Positions 16,262-25,307 of a stretch of DNA of 64,000 nt are shown here, one piece after another. The first letter of the stretch is position 1. Each line of letters begins with the position of its first letter. Position numbers and translations under genes: made by a program. The notes below the pieces were generated by a model, which saw nothing but the letters and a program-made list of their open reading frames with translations, was not told where the DNA came from and made no database searches. Source of the DNA: a virus (Duplodnaviria; Heunggongvirae; Uroviricota; Caudoviricetes); IMG/VR virus record IMGVR_UViG_3300032116_000094, positions 1 to 64,000 of that record, one strand, 5' to 3'.

Positions 16262-16642
16262 ATGAAAAGAATTATAAGATTGACTGAAGATGATTTAACA
16301 AAAATTGTTAAAAAAGTCATTAATGAACAAAAAAAGTTAGACGAGGCTTTTTTTGATAAAAAAATAACTTCAGATGAGGATAAAAAATTAAGTGAGATAT
16401 TAGATTATATTGAAAACACATTTAATCCTAAAAATCTATCTGTAAAATCTAATTATTCTATCATCAAGTATAGGCTCCATGACGAAACATATTTAGAGAT
16501 TGAAGATACATCTATACCTGTTTTACTTATGAATAGTTTAATTGTTAGGTATGATAATAAAGTAATTGATTGCTCTTACAGCATGGCTAAAAAAATATGG
16601 AAATTCTTAGTCAAGAAATTTGATGAAATGGAAAATAACTAA
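16262..16642 (+). CDS. RLTEDDL N-module protein (126 aa)
   Basis: ORF. MKRIIRLTEDDLTKIVKKVINEQKKLDEAFF. C-terminal region ..CSYSMAKKIWKF similar to 15792 (CSYIMARKIWNF). Confidence 0.65.
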   Translation: MKRIIRLTEDDLTKIVKKVINEQKKLDEAFFDKKITSDEDKKLSEILDYIENTFNPKNLSVKSNYSIIKYRLHDETYLEIEDTSIPVLLMNSLIVRYDNKVIDCSYSMAKKIWKFLVKKFDEMENN

Positions 16643-16665
16643 TAACTATGTCCCCCACATAAAAA

Positions 16666-16697
16666 TGCACAATCGCCAATGATTGTGCATTTTTTTA
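16666..16697. terminator. Bidirectional rho-independent terminator (shares hairpin core with 16203-16230)
   Basis: TGCACAATC-gccaat-GATTGTGCA followed by T7. Lies between convergent genes. Confidence 0.6.
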
Positions 16698-16751
16698 TTG
16701 TATGATAATTATTGATTATCTTTTTTAAGAAATAAATTATGAAGTTTAAGG

Positions 16752-17150
16752 TTAACTTACGACTTCGAAAGCGTCTGCGTGATTATAGTGAAGCTGTACA
16801 AGATCTTCATATCTAGGCTTATATCCAGCTTTTTGATTCTTTTTTATATATTCTGGATGCGTGGTATCTTGACTATATAGAGCCTCTTTGTTTAGAGGCC
16901 TTAACTTCATCACGTTTCCGTCCATTCTCACAAACTCATACATTTCTCTTCCGTCTTTTATTACTTCTCCATCATCATCTACTCTCCATTTACGTTTTAT
17001 CTTTGTACCCGGTTCAAACGGAGGATTTTTCTTGTTTTTTCCTCCATATATACGATAATAATCCGTATGTTTTGATTTTTTTTCTTCGCTAATAATTCGT
17101 TTAACAATCCTTGTTAAATCATCTTCAGTTAGTCTTATAATTTTTTTCAT
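16752..17150 (-). CDS. RLTEDDL N-module protein (132 aa)
   Basis: ORF. MKKIIRLTEDDLTRIVKRIISEEKK. Confidence 0.65.
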   Translation of the reverse strand: MKKIIRLTEDDLTRIVKRIISEEKKSKHTDYYRIYGGKNKKNPPFEPGTKIKRKWRVDDDGEVIKDGREMYEFVRMDGNVMKLRPLNKEALYSQDTTHPEYIKKNQKAGYKPRYEDLVQLHYNHADAFEVVS

Positions 17151-17239
17151 AATTATTATTTTTAATAATAAATATCTTGATAAAAAAAAAACTACAATAA
17201 TTTACGGTTGTGCATTTTTTTTATCTACAAACCTCACAG

Positions 17240-17971
17240 TTACTTAATCTGATCAATGTCAACAATCTCAGAAAGATTAATCGCATCTGTATAATCACTT
17301 CTAAAAAGGCCTAGTGTAAAATTATCATTACCGATTTGTACTTTATTATAATGGTTTACAAGATCACCAAAATAATTAAGATCGCAATTAACGTCAGCAT
17401 CTAGCAATAATAATGTATAATCATCATCCGGATTACCTAGATATACATGAAATAACTTCGCCCCACAGGTTGTATATTTCAAGCTGCCTTTAGCATGAAG
17501 ACTCCAAGCGGGCATTTTATCAGCGTCGTAATAATCCTCAGGCAAAATAGATGATGTCCGAATAGGGCTAAACGGTAGACGATACTGTATCTTATCATTT
17601 TCATGACCATAGAGCATGTCAAACCAAAGAATCAAATTGGTATTACCAAATCGATACAAATAACCTTTCTTATTCTTGATAATCTTATTACCATGAATTT
17701 GCCCATATTCTAGCGGTTTTGGCTTCGCGTCATAGGTATACGACCACGTATATGCCGTGAACGCAGGTCCTTCAACTGTAGGTGTTGGTTCCGGTGTTGC
17801 TGGCGGCAAATTTACTTTATTGTATGTAATAGTTGATAGATCTATATCATAAGATACAACACCACATCTTAGAGTGCAAGTATTGTCGTTAACCTCAACA
17901 CAAAACACAAGTTTATTAGTGAGAAAATTGTGTGTGTGATTTGTTATATAATAATAGTTTCCAGCTACCAT
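17240..17971 (-). CDS. Family-5 paralog (243 aa)
   Basis: ORF. N-term MVAGNYYYI like MEAGKFYLI of 14875. C-term TTCGAKLF. Confidence 0.6.
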   Translation of the reverse strand: MVAGNYYYITNHTHNFLTNKLVFCVEVNDNTCTLRCGVVSYDIDLSTITYNKVNLPPATPEPTPTVEGPAFTAYTWSYTYDAKPKPLEYGQIHGNKIIKNKKGYLYRFGNTNLILWFDMLYGHENDKIQYRLPFSPIRTSSILPEDYYDADKMPAWSLHAKGSLKYTTCGAKLFHVYLGNPDDDYTLLLLDADVNCDLNYFGDLVNHYNKVQIGNDNFTLGLFRSDYTDAINLSEIVDIDQIK

Positions 17972-17991
17972 GATATTTTTTTGAAATATGT

Positions 17992-18378
17992 TTAATTTGT
18001 AAAAGATTCATCAACCCACCAATAATCACCATTGTCAATATCTATCAGATATATGTAACATTTATACTCTTCAGTATAACGGACTTCGACAATCTTACAA
18101 TCTTTTCCGAGATATTCCTCAATTCCTGTATTATCGTTTCGTCGATATAATATATGTGTTCTTAGAAGGCTACATATATTTTCTTTAGTTCTAACGCTGT
18201 CACCAACTGAATGTTGTGACGGAACACCGTCACAATGTGTAAGTAATTTTTCACTCATATAACCTGAGTTTTTAATTATATTAACAGAAAAAAAGATTAT
18301 TATAAATGTGAGAATTATACCAAGAATAACTATAATCTCCAGATATAGTTCTGTTAGTTCAAATCTCTTTAGTTTCAT
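17992..18378 (-). CDS. Hypothetical membrane-anchored protein (128 aa)
   Basis: ORF. N-terminal hydrophobic segment. TAtcTTTG box at 18386-18393 (leader ~8 nt). Confidence 0.5.
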   Translation of the reverse strand: MKLKRFELTELYLEIIVILGIILTFIIIFFSVNIIKNSGYMSEKLLTHCDGVPSQHSVGDSVRTKENICSLLRTHILYRRNDNTGIEEYLGKDCKIVEVRYTEEYKCYIYLIDIDNGDYWWVDESFTN

Positions 18379-18460
18379 GCTACAAAGATAATACGTTTAT
18401 TTAATCCATGCAAGTTTTTTTTTCTTTCCACTGAAATTTTCTATCCGTATTGCATTTTTA

Positions 18461-18883
18461 TCATTCGAAATTATATTTTACCTGGATGAAATCTTCATAT
18501 TCTAATCCGTGATCTTGACAAATCTCTTTAATACTTTCAAGATTTTTATTGATTTTATTCAATACTTTGTTAAATTTCTTGTTTGCTTCAACTAGTTCAT
18601 AAATTTCATCTTCTATAGAAGTACTATTATTAGTACTATCCCAGATCTCATGATATAAATAATTATCTCCGTCACCAACTTTAGCAAAAAATTGAATGAT
18701 CACACAATCATCTTCTTCTGTTTCCAAATCATATTCAACTTGAATATAACAGGGAAGCGAAGATACGAAAACTTCGTACACACAACCAATATTATCTGTA
18801 TCCAACAAATTAAATCGTGTCTTAGATGATTTAAGACATGATTCAATTTGTTCTTGAACATCATATTTTAACACTTCAGCCAT
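18461..18883 (-). CDS. Hypothetical acidic protein (140 aa)
   Basis: ORF. Acidic composition. Confidence 0.5.
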   Translation of the reverse strand: MAEVLKYDVQEQIESCLKSSKTRFNLLDTDNIGCVYEVFVSSLPCYIQVEYDLETEEDDCVIIQFFAKVGDGDNYLYHEIWDSTNNSTSIEDEIYELVEANKKFNKVLNKINKNLESIKEICQDHGLEYEDFIQVKYNFE

Positions 18884-18920
18884 TTTTTTAAAAATGTTAA
18901 GTTAATTGAGTAAAAGATTG

Positions 18921-18999
18921 TGACCAGGACAGGATTCGAACCTGTAAAACCAATGCAGTCTGTCTTATATGGTACGTCTGCCAATTCCGCCACCTGACC
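18921..18999 (-). tRNA. tRNA (identity unresolved; 5' half near-identical to tRNA at 13433-13563)
   Basis: GGTCAGG-TGGCGGAATTGGCAGACG... ACAGGTTCGAATCCTGT-CCTGGTC-A. Acceptor pairs with two G-U. Anticodon arm does not fold canonically by eye (possible small insertion). Confidence 0.45.
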
Positions 19000-19153
19000 A
19001 ATAAATAAATAATGCTCGATACGTTTCCGTAAGACCCGTGTATTCCTCAGCTCGTTTTGAGCCTCATTCGAGAGTAACTGATGCCTTTTGCGCTTTAAAG
19101 AATTCGGGACCTTCAGCAAACTTAATAGTTTGGTCTCCTACTTCATTATTATT

Positions 19154-19375
19154 TTATTTTGGGTTTTTATCTTTCTCAGATAATTTATCCTCCAGAATCG
19201 AAATATTCGTGTTAACTACTGATACAATCAAACCACATAAGCAACCTGTAAAGCAAAATGCATAAAAATACACATCTTTACCCTGCCCGATTTTTACCAA
19301 TGAGAAGAACATTACAAGATTGTAAAGCAGACCTTCAATAATTTTTAGCATTTTTTTTTGTTTTTTTTTGTTCAA
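19154..19375 (-). CDS. Small hydrophobic protein (73 aa)
   Basis: ORF with TM-like segment. Preceded by a structured leader and promoter at 19380-19525. Confidence 0.4.
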   Translation of the reverse strand: MNKKKQKKMLKIIEGLLYNLVMFFSLVKIGQGKDVYFYAFCFTGCLCGLIVSVVNTNISILEDKLSEKDKNPK

Positions 19376-19418
19376 CGATTAGGCTGTTTTCCGGCGGTCA
19401 CATTTAACCCCACTTACA

Positions 19419-19470
19419 CACCCCCTAGCGGAAGTGCGGGATTCGAACCCTATTGTGAAGCACCCCATCA
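19419..19470 (-). ncRNA. tRNA 3'-half-like element (T-arm GGGTTCGAATCCC nested in a GTGC/GCAC stem) within a 5' leader
   Basis: Minus strand GGGGTGC-TTCACAA-TAGGGTTCGAATCCC-GCACTTCC. No matching acceptor 5' strand or D/anticodon arms found. Confidence 0.3.
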
Positions 19471-19477
19471 CCCTTTA

Positions 19478-19525
19478 TTTAACACTGCAAAGATATATCC
19501 TTTATTTGATACTAGCAAATATTTT
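19478..19525 (-). promoter_or_regulatory. Bacteroidetes-type promoter (copy 1 of extended promoter family)
   Basis: Minus strand AAAAAATATTTGCTAGTATCAAATAAAGGATATATCTTTGCAGTG. TTTG then 19 nt then TAtcTTTG. Confidence 0.5.
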
Positions 19526-19729
19526 TTCAAGTTTAAACAAAAAATACAAATAACAAACACAATAACAATATAAATGCTATAAAAACAAACACATTCTCAA
19601 ATTCCTTTTGATATTTCTCATATACACTAATAGGTAATGCCATTGCAAAAAGCAAAATGAAAATTTCAATAAAAATGAAAATGAACAATAATGAGCAAGT
19701 ATTTTGGAAATTAAACATGATTGTTGGTT

Positions 19730-20131
19730 TTAAATTGAATTAATAATAGTTTCGATCCTTTCGTTAATCCGATTGAGTTTTTCACCGTAAGATTTGATCT
19801 TAGGATCATCATTAGCTTCTTTGGTTCTGGCAATATGCTTCTCAAGATCAATGTACTGATACGCTCTAGACCATTCATAGTGCTTCTGAATCCTGTCCTC
19901 CAAGATAGACTTTGCAATACTTAGCTCATTAAGTGACATCATTCCAAGCGAATGCCCAGGTTTATTCTCAGCAAACAAGCCATCATTCATAGCATATAGT
20001 TTATCATAAATATTCGACTTCTCAATGCCATATGCCATCAAGGCATTAATTATTAGAGACGATTCATCAGGTGTAAACATGTTATTGATTTTTTTTAAGA
20101 GAAAACATAAATTGCAATAAGAATAAAACAC
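19730..20131 (-). CDS. Hypothetical protein (133 aa)
   Basis: ORF. Confidence 0.5.
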   Translation of the reverse strand: MFYSYCNLCFLLKKINNMFTPDESSLIINALMAYGIEKSNIYDKLYAMNDGLFAENKPGHSLGMMSLNELSIAKSILEDRIQKHYEWSRAYQYIDLEKHIARTKEANDDPKIKSYGEKLNRINERIETIINSI

Positions 20132-20292
20132 GTATCAATCGTAGAGTCCAAAAACGCTTCTGTAGTTTTTTTACCCTTATCTTTCGCCATTAAGTAAGCG
20201 AACAAAATTATAAATAAAATTACTGCATCACTAAAAATTTCAGTCTTGATCATGATGTGATTTTTTTTAGATAACGCAACACGCGATTACCT

Positions 20293-20342
20293 TTGTTTGA
20301 TACTGCAAAGATATAACCATTATTTGAGACTACCAAATATTT
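20293..20342 (-). promoter_or_regulatory. Bacteroidetes-type promoter (copy 2, ~85% identical to 19478-19525)
   Basis: Minus strand AAAAATATTTGGTAGTCTCAAATAATGGTTATATCTTTGCAGTATC. Upstream of an unlisted ~51-aa ORF starting near 20254. Confidence 0.5.
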
Positions 20343-20346
20343 TTTT

Positions 20347-20913
20347 CTACGATTCAATTATCTCTAACAAATAATCACAAGAATTAGATAAATTATGCGA
20401 TAATTCATATTGTTTACCCATAATATAACCAAGCAAATCTTCTAATCGATCATCATATCCATCATATAAATTTTCCGCATCAATACTCAGCTCATCTATC
20501 TTTTTAAGATACAACTCAAGATCTTTTAAAACCTGCCTCTGAAAACTATCTATAAAGCTTACTAGCCTATAATCAGGCTGCAAATTATCCATAATTACAT
20601 TAATAGTCTCTTTTATCTTAACTATCTCACCCCGCAAAAAAGACGCATACCCGGCGTTTAATATTTTTCTATTAAAAGAGTCCTCCCGATTACTCACAAT
20701 GTCATCATCAACAAAATCATAATTAACATCTCTAACTATGAGATTGTTTTTATTGATGAACTCTAATATAGAGTTTGTTATAAAATATAATTTATATGCC
20801 GCTTTCTTAAGCGAACTAAGACTTTCTTCTTGCTCAAATATGACATTTTTAACTATATTGTTAAGCTGGGTTTCTGTTATTATTAACTTATTCATAATAA
20901 TATATATACTCAC
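20347..20913 (-). CDS. Hypothetical protein (188 aa), N-terminus weakly RLTE-module-like
   Basis: ORF. N-term ..LIITETQLNNIVKNVIFEQEE. Confidence 0.5.
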   Translation of the reverse strand: MSIYIIMNKLIITETQLNNIVKNVIFEQEESLSSLKKAAYKLYFITNSILEFINKNNLIVRDVNYDFVDDDIVSNREDSFNRKILNAGYASFLRGEIVKIKETINVIMDNLQPDYRLVSFIDSFQRQVLKDLELYLKKIDELSIDAENLYDGYDDRLEDLLGYIMGKQYELSHNLSNSCDYLLEIIES

Positions 20914-20964
20914 GCATAAAAAAAATGGGTCACGAAACTAATTCGTGACCCAAATAAAACTTAA

Positions 20965-21843
20965 CTACTTAATAAGTCCCCCCGGTAGCATAATACCGGT
21001 ATTCCCACTAAGAGAAGTTTGAGGAAGTGCCCCATCCCACTTGTCAATAAACATCGACTGGATAACCAAAGGAGATAGGGTTTGTTGTTTAAGACGCCTA
21101 GCTTCAGAATCAGCTTTCGCCGTGATAAGCATCGCCTCAGCATCCGCTTTAGCCGTAGCCAACTTTACAGCCGCTTGAGCATTCGCCTTCTCAACCTCAG
21201 CCTTGGCCGCATAAACCGTTTGCAAAGCTTCGTTCTTAGCCTGGTTGGTCCTTAGAATGCTCGATGGAGGCGTTACTCCTGTGACAAAATTATCAAGCAC
21301 AAAACCTACCCGCTTAAACCCAATACGAACAGAATCCTCCAGCATCCTCTGAACCCGAACCTTGTCATCCATCATAATAGTGTCCTTCAGTGACCCAATA
21401 ATTTCAGTAAATGAATTACGAATGATCGGAGTTAGAATGTACTGACCTACAGAACTCAAAAACTTGTCGTCTTCACCACTAGCCAAAAAAGAGTTATACC
21501 TGTGACAAATTCGAACAGCTTGCTCCCGATCAATCGAAAACGTGAATTGCGGATCTACTGTCCATTCACCATTTTCTTTCGATAGAACAACCGATTTTTC
21601 GAGGTCGATACTATACGATTGACTAGGAATCACGAATGACCTTGTGAGTGGAGAGAAGTCAACCGGAAAATATCCGGTCCAGACCTGATAATCTGATTCA
21701 CCATTCATACCCCCATTTGTCATCCATACACCAACTTGGTTGGGTTTGACGTAGGTTCGCATGATGAGGTTGAGTACCAGATACGAAAGAAGAATCACCC
21801 CGACCACAATGGCCGAGTACTTTACTGTGTTGCTTTTAAACAT
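20965..21843 (-). CDS. SPFH/band-7 (stomatin/prohibitin/HflKC-like) membrane protein
   Basis: ORF 292 aa. N-terminal TM segment. Ala-rich coiled coil AKAEVEKANAQAAVKLATAKADAEAML typical of SPFH proteins. Promoter TAccTTTG at ~21903-21914. Confidence 0.55.
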   Translation of the reverse strand: MFKSNTVKYSAIVVGVILLSYLVLNLIMRTYVKPNQVGVWMTNGGMNGESDYQVWTGYFPVDFSPLTRSFVIPSQSYSIDLEKSVVLSKENGEWTVDPQFTFSIDREQAVRICHRYNSFLASGEDDKFLSSVGQYILTPIIRNSFTEIIGSLKDTIMMDDKVRVQRMLEDSVRIGFKRVGFVLDNFVTGVTPPSSILRTNQAKNEALQTVYAAKAEVEKANAQAAVKLATAKADAEAMLITAKADSEARRLKQQTLSPLVIQSMFIDKWDGALPQTSLSGNTGIMLPGGLIK

Positions 21844-21928
21844 ATGATTTGAGTTTGTTTAGAAAAAAAAGATATCGAGATTTTGCTCTCGTTTTTTGAT
21901 ACCGCAAAGGTATGTATTTTATTTCTAA

Positions 21929-23347
21929 CTATCTAGGTGGATAATATGATTTTACAAAAGTTTTGATTTCATGATCAAAGATTTCTCCTTCATGCCATTC
22001 ACCTTGAAACCATTTTCCATCACGCCAAAATCCCATAACAAATGTTCCATAAAACCATCTACTATCTTTAAATGTGCCATTATGCCATGTACCATTATTC
22101 CATGTACTATAATTAAATATACCATCATGCCATGTACCATTATTCCATGTACTATCATTAGTAAATGTACCTTTATGCCATGTACCATCATTCCATCTAC
22201 TATTATTAGTAAATGTGCCATTAAGCCATCTGCCGTTTTCCCACCGGCTATCATTAAATATACCATTATGCCATGTACCATTATGCCATGTGCCACCAAA
22301 AAATTTGCCATCAATCCAATCTCCATCATACCACTCTCCTTCAAGAAATATTATTTTTAAATCGTCATCGTCATTGTTTTTATGCTGAACAGAAAACACA
22401 GCATTACTGAAAGATGCTTCCGCTAACCAAGGTGCTATAATAAAAAGTCTTTCAGGTGTTAAGTTTCCAAGTAACCTACTAGTTTGTTTAGATAATTTAT
22501 CAATCTTTCTCTGATAATATACGTCATTAACTATTGGAACCGCGTTATTTGAATCGTATAATTTACTATCTTGGACAAAAACCCCAGTTTTACCTTTCTG
22601 GCAATAATCAAAAATTCTTAACAACGTTTTGGGATAATTTTTATTATGTAAACCATATTTAGTAAAAGAGTCATATTCAACGCCATACAATATATCAGTT
22701 CTCTTGTCTATAGAATAATAAGGTTTTATTAAAATCCTAGCTATTGGTCTTTTAATATTAAGATCATGTCGTTTTATCAAATAAGACACAATAGTGCCTT
22801 GAGTTATGTCTAACGGGAGATATTTGTTATATTGAGAAACTTTATCATCTCTTATATTCATGCAGGAAGTCCAATTTCTATCTGTACTCATACCTACTAT
22901 GTCATATGGATGCTTGCTAATAACAATTAAATAATCGTCACCAATAGATAATAAACTTTTCTCCCCAGCATATTTTTTTAATAGATCAAGTGCCTCTTTA
23001 TCCCTTTTACCTAAAAAAGTTAAAACTTTACCAATATTGATAATATTTTTATCATTAAATTTTTTTACTTTTCCTTTGTAAAAATTTACAACCTCATAAC
23101 CTCTATATCCTAGAAATTTTGTAATAATAGGCTCACATTCCAGGATATGTTTATCATCAGAGTCGTTTTTAACGTCATCTAATGTGAAATATAATCTATC
23201 CCCAGATTTGTTTTTGTAATTAGCTATTTTTTTTAAGTTATCCCATACATTTTCTATTCTTTGATTAGCTAGCCGACGATCAAGCCCCATATAAGGCCTA
23301 ATCTCAGATGGTTTTAAAGCCTCAAAAAGTTGTTTTTTGTTCCGCAT
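21929..23347 (-). CDS. Protein with C-terminal tandem W-x-(N/D)-G 8-residue repeats (472 aa)
   Basis: ORF. C-term GTWHNGTWHNGIFNDSRWENGRWLNGTFTNNSRWNDGTWHKGTF... with ~14 repeats, MORN- or cell-wall-binding-like. The nucleotide repeats create spurious ORFs on both strands. Confidence 0.6.
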   Translation of the reverse strand: MRNKKQLFEALKPSEIRPYMGLDRRLANQRIENVWDNLKKIANYKNKSGDRLYFTLDDVKNDSDDKHILECEPIITKFLGYRGYEVVNFYKGKVKKFNDKNIINIGKVLTFLGKRDKEALDLLKKYAGEKSLLSIGDDYLIVISKHPYDIVGMSTDRNWTSCMNIRDDKVSQYNKYLPLDITQGTIVSYLIKRHDLNIKRPIARILIKPYYSIDKRTDILYGVEYDSFTKYGLHNKNYPKTLLRIFDYCQKGKTGVFVQDSKLYDSNNAVPIVNDVYYQRKIDKLSKQTSRLLGNLTPERLFIIAPWLAEASFSNAVFSVQHKNNDDDDLKIIFLEGEWYDGDWIDGKFFGGTWHNGTWHNGIFNDSRWENGRWLNGTFTNNSRWNDGTWHKGTFTNDSTWNNGTWHDGIFNYSTWNNGTWHNGTFKDSRWFYGTFVMGFWRDGKWFQGEWHEGEIFDHEIKTFVKSYYPPR

Positions 23348-23565
23348 AAAATATGTGAATATTATATGTAATAAATATTCACATATTTTAATTTATCTAG
23401 TTGTTGATTTTACGCGAGTATTTAATTTGCATTCTTGTGCAGAAGCAAATGTAATGAAAGGACCATCTCACACGGACAAGCCCAACAGTAGCGATACAAA
23501 TAATCGACTCAAAGAGCTCAACAAATGCAAGCCCAAAACTGGTAACTAAGAAGTTACTCCAAAAT

Positions 23566-23868
23566 TTAAAGAGAAGTTTGTTGACCATATCTAACAAGTT
23601 TATGTCGGCCATCAATGAGCCCCACGATAATCTCGTTTATGAACTCTTGTCCGGATGTGAATTGACTAGGAACGCCTTCTTCTTGATTAACCTGAAGGTA
23701 AAACAGGCTGTCTTCAGATTCAGTACCAAAATCAACATCTGTTGTGTCAGCAAGAGATGTCTCACCATTTAAAAGAATATCGATATAGCAATCTTTCGGA
23801 AAGCTATCCAATACCTGGTTTGTTTTGTGAAAACATTTAGGTGAAACTTGTGTGAATGTGTCAGTCAT
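23566..23868 (-). CDS. Hypothetical protein (100 aa)
   Basis: ORF. Promoter copy 3 at 23884-23930. Confidence 0.5.
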   Translation of the reverse strand: MTDTFTQVSPKCFHKTNQVLDSFPKDCYIDILLNGETSLADTTDVDFGTESEDSLFYLQVNQEEGVPSQFTSGQEFINEIIVGLIDGRHKLVRYGQQTSL

Positions 23869-23883
23869 GTCTTTTTTTTTCTT

Positions 23884-23930
23884 GATGCAAAGATATAGGG
23901 TTATTCTGAATCTACCAAATATTTTTTTAT
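23884..23930 (-). promoter_or_regulatory. Bacteroidetes-type promoter (copy 3 of extended family)
   Basis: Minus strand AAAAAAATATTTGGTAGATTCAGAATAACCCTATATCTTTGCATCAAG. ~17 nt to ATG at 23868. Confidence 0.5.
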
Positions 23931-24313
23931 TATTCTACTAATCGATTATGTAGATACAGCATAATGTCATCCAGGTTTTCACTGAAAAAAAGCCGAGCAC
24001 AGTTGTTTGTATCTGACGTAGTTCCGCTAACAGAATATAAAGATGAAGTAACAAGATAATTAATTAAATAAACAACTCCGCCAGAGTATGCACACGCAAA
24101 ATAATCCGTGATCGATAGATCTTTCTTAAGAAATGTATCAACATCTACCAATTTAGTAATTGGTAGGTTAGATTTTTTTACAGCATCAAAAAAGTACTCA
24201 TAAACACGCCTCTTTTCCGCAATAATAGTTAGTTTATCATACTCATTTTTAAGAGATTCCAGAGTTTCTTCTGCGATTCTAATTTGTTCTTCTATTTCAT
24301 TAATAGTTTGCAT
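23930..24313 (-). CDS. Hypothetical protein (127 aa)
   Basis: ORF. Confidence 0.5.
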   Translation of the reverse strand: MQTINEIEEQIRIAEETLESLKNEYDKLTIIAEKRRVYEYFFDAVKKSNLPITKLVDVDTFLKKDLSITDYFACAYSGGVVYLINYLVTSSLYSVSGTTSDTNNCARLFFSENLDDIMLYLHNRLVE

Positions 24314-24326
24314 GTGTTTTATTATT

Positions 24327-24599
24327 TTAGTTTTCGTTTAATTCACATTCTTTATCATATATTTTACACCAATAATCACGACCATGTGGTGTTTTACGCC
24401 AGTCGAAACCCGCAAGTATACAATCTGGGGGGTACTTTGAGTAACTAGATTTACTCTTAATATAATTCATTAAATCATTCGCCTCAACACTATCAGATCT
24501 AGACGATCTAAGCATATAGTTGTAATAACAAGAGATGGCATCTTCGGCCCAGGGTTTGCCCTGTTTTTTTGCTTCACAAAAATATTCAAGTATTTTCAT
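24327..24599 (-). CDS. Small paralog pair member A (90 aa)
   Basis: ORF 24327..24725 trimmed to MKILEYFCEAKKQGKPWAED. Paralog of 24586..24861. Confidence 0.5.
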   Translation of the reverse strand: MKILEYFCEAKKQGKPWAEDAISCYYNYMLRSSRSDSVEANDLMNYIKSKSSYSKYPPDCILAGFDWRKTPHGRDYWCKIYDKECELNEN

Positions 24600-24861
24600 G
24601 TAATAGATCAGTGTGATAAATATTATGCCAGTAATTGTAGCCTTCACTGGTCGATGCCCACTCGAAGGCATAAAATAAAATATCTCTAGTATTTGTAATA
24701 TCAACAGAACTATTAAATATATCATCTAAATCACTACGAGTTATTTTGCCCTTATCACGTCTAATATGTTTAATACGAGATTTATAAAAATTGTATATTG
24801 CCATATCAGCCCAAGATTTCCCTTCTTTTTTAGCTTTAACTAAATAATCTAATATTTTCAT
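24586..24861 (-). CDS. Small paralog pair member B (91 aa)
   Basis: ORF 24586..24963 trimmed to MKILDYLVKAKKEGKSWADM. Overlaps member A by 14 nt. Confidence 0.5.
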   Translation of the reverse strand: MKILDYLVKAKKEGKSWADMAIYNFYKSRIKHIRRDKGKITRSDLDDIFNSSVDITNTRDILFYAFEWASTSEGYNYWHNIYHTDLLHENT

Positions 24862-24974
24862 AATACAATTTTTAATAAGGTTGCAATATATAACCAAAAA
24901 TCTTTGAGCACTGTTCGATACAACCCGCACCAAATCAATGCTCAAAAATTTTTTAAACCACAAATCACACAGGA

Positions 24975-25238
24975 CTACACAGCATACTCAGCCTTTTCCA
25001 TCAATTCGAGCTTCATTTTAAAACTGTCAACTATTTCCTCAAGTTCTTCAATCGAATCATCAACATGTTCTTCAAGATCATACAAAGATGTCTTGAATTC
25101 ATAATACTCGTTTTCAAGGTCCTCAAGTTTGGAATTCATCTCATTTAGTTGTTCCTTCAGGTAATCATTTTCATCTTTAATGACTCCAAGTTCAATCTGA
25201 AGGGTTTCAATTTTCTCAATGATTTCTTTAATGTCCAT
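24975..25238 (-). CDS. Acidic coiled-coil protein (87 aa)
   Basis: ORF. Heptad-like E/L-rich sequence. TAccTTTG box at ~25263-25275. Confidence 0.5.
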   Translation of the reverse strand: MDIKEIIEKIETLQIELGVIKDENDYLKEQLNEMNSKLEDLENEYYEFKTSLYDLEEHVDDSIEELEEIVDSFKMKLELMEKAEYAV

Positions 25239-25307
25239 GTTTATTATTGTTTTTTTTTTGTTTCAACAAAGGTAAGGGCTTTTTAGGACCTGTGCAAGTT
25301 TTTTTTT

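Noticed and set aside
18868-19573. ORFs 18868..19119 (-), 19038..19265 (+), 19358..19573 (+)
   Set aside because: They overlap the tRNA at 18921-18999, or the promoter and structured-leader region. They are better explained as non-coding.
21952-22360. ORFs 21952..22344 (-) and 21971..22360 (+) with MVHGIM/CTIIP repeats
   Set aside because: They are out-of-frame and antisense readings of the nucleotide-level tandem repeats that encode the W-x-N-G repeat region of 21929..23347.
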